From Rhizodiscina lignyota (Eukaryota): DNA of 64,000 bases. The stretch spans positions 2,914,001 through 2,978,000 of the forward strand of contig ML978123.1 in the NCBI GenBank assembly GCA_010015805.1. The letters run 5' to 3'. Each line of letters starts with the position of its first letter. The first letter of the stretch is position 1. The position numbers were made by a program, and so were the translations under genes. Below, piece after piece: positions 60,245-64,000 of this stretch. The notes beneath the pieces were generated by a model. It did not search any database. It had not been told where the DNA came from and saw only the letters and a program-made list of their open reading frames with translations.

Positions 60245-60986
60245 CGTTGTATTTACTATATGCTTTTACCCTGCATGGAGGCCGGGTATTCTGTCACTCT
60301 TCACCCATCCTACGTATACCTCTCACATCTGTTGCATTTCAATGGACTTCTCTTACCTGCCTAAGCATCTCAAGGTTGAGCGATGAAGGCAAACGCGAAG
60401 TGGTAAGGCTAGCAATGTGAAAATTGAAGCGCGATAAGTGTGAGAGAACGAGAATTTGACGCTTCTGGTATAATTACATCGATGCTCGACAACCGTAGGG
60501 GAGAGGGTTTAACGTTTCGAATTCAATTGAATTGATGCTCGGGAGGTATGTGAGAAGGGCGATCTGAGGCTTCCGAGCAAGCTTAATTGATGTTCGAGAG
60601 GTGGCAGAGAAAGGGGCTCTGAGGCTCCCAACTAAATTGAATGGATGCTCAGGCGCAAAGGAGAAGAGGGCCTCAAGACATCTAGATAGACTAAATGGAT
60701 GCCCAGAAAGCATGACAGAAGATCTCAAGGCCTTTAATTAAACAAAAGTGATATTGGCCGCCAATAAAGACACCTGTGCGGATACACATTTTGCCTGAAC
60801 GGCCTGCGTCGATATGCTGGCTGAGAATGAAATTCGAATGAGCTTGGAGAACTGTTCGGCATCTTATTCGTTCTATAAATCCGTGGAAATATAGCGCATG
60901 AAACAAAGAACCCTCCATCAAATGCGTATGCCATTGAGCAAGTGGAACTTTCCTCATACCCTTCCAAACGCCATACATTCCTCAAA

Positions 60987-64000
<3,014 letters not shown>

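Overview
Gene-dense, intron-containing DNA from a filamentous ascomycete (GT-AG introns of about 45-145 nt with CTAAC/CTGAC branch sites; Dothideomycete-like by inference). Most genes are housekeeping: App1-like (partial), a coiled-coil protein, RPL30, RPL10, AP-1 beta adaptin, DUF3431, fmdS with upstream usgS, Inp1, quinone oxidoreductase, a MIT-domain protein, CSN3, BUB1, CWF19L1/Drn1-like and RNA Pol I largest subunit (partial). Accessory genes are interspersed: secreted proteins, a Zn-ADH, a frameshifted gene and two Cys/His proteins. Strongest signals: (1) an intact head-to-head pair of an atypical HSPA12-type Hsp70 (11 exons) and a coiled-coil protein with a GrpE/MIEAP-like C-terminus, a candidate dedicated two-gene chaperone or immunity module; (2) a canonical kink-turn, plus a second K-turn-like hairpin, beside the branch point of RPL30 intron 3, suggesting autoregulated splicing; (3) a transition-decayed dispersed repeat family; (4) an easily missed 71-aa Cys/His microprotein. 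All family calls come from motif recognition; no database search was run.
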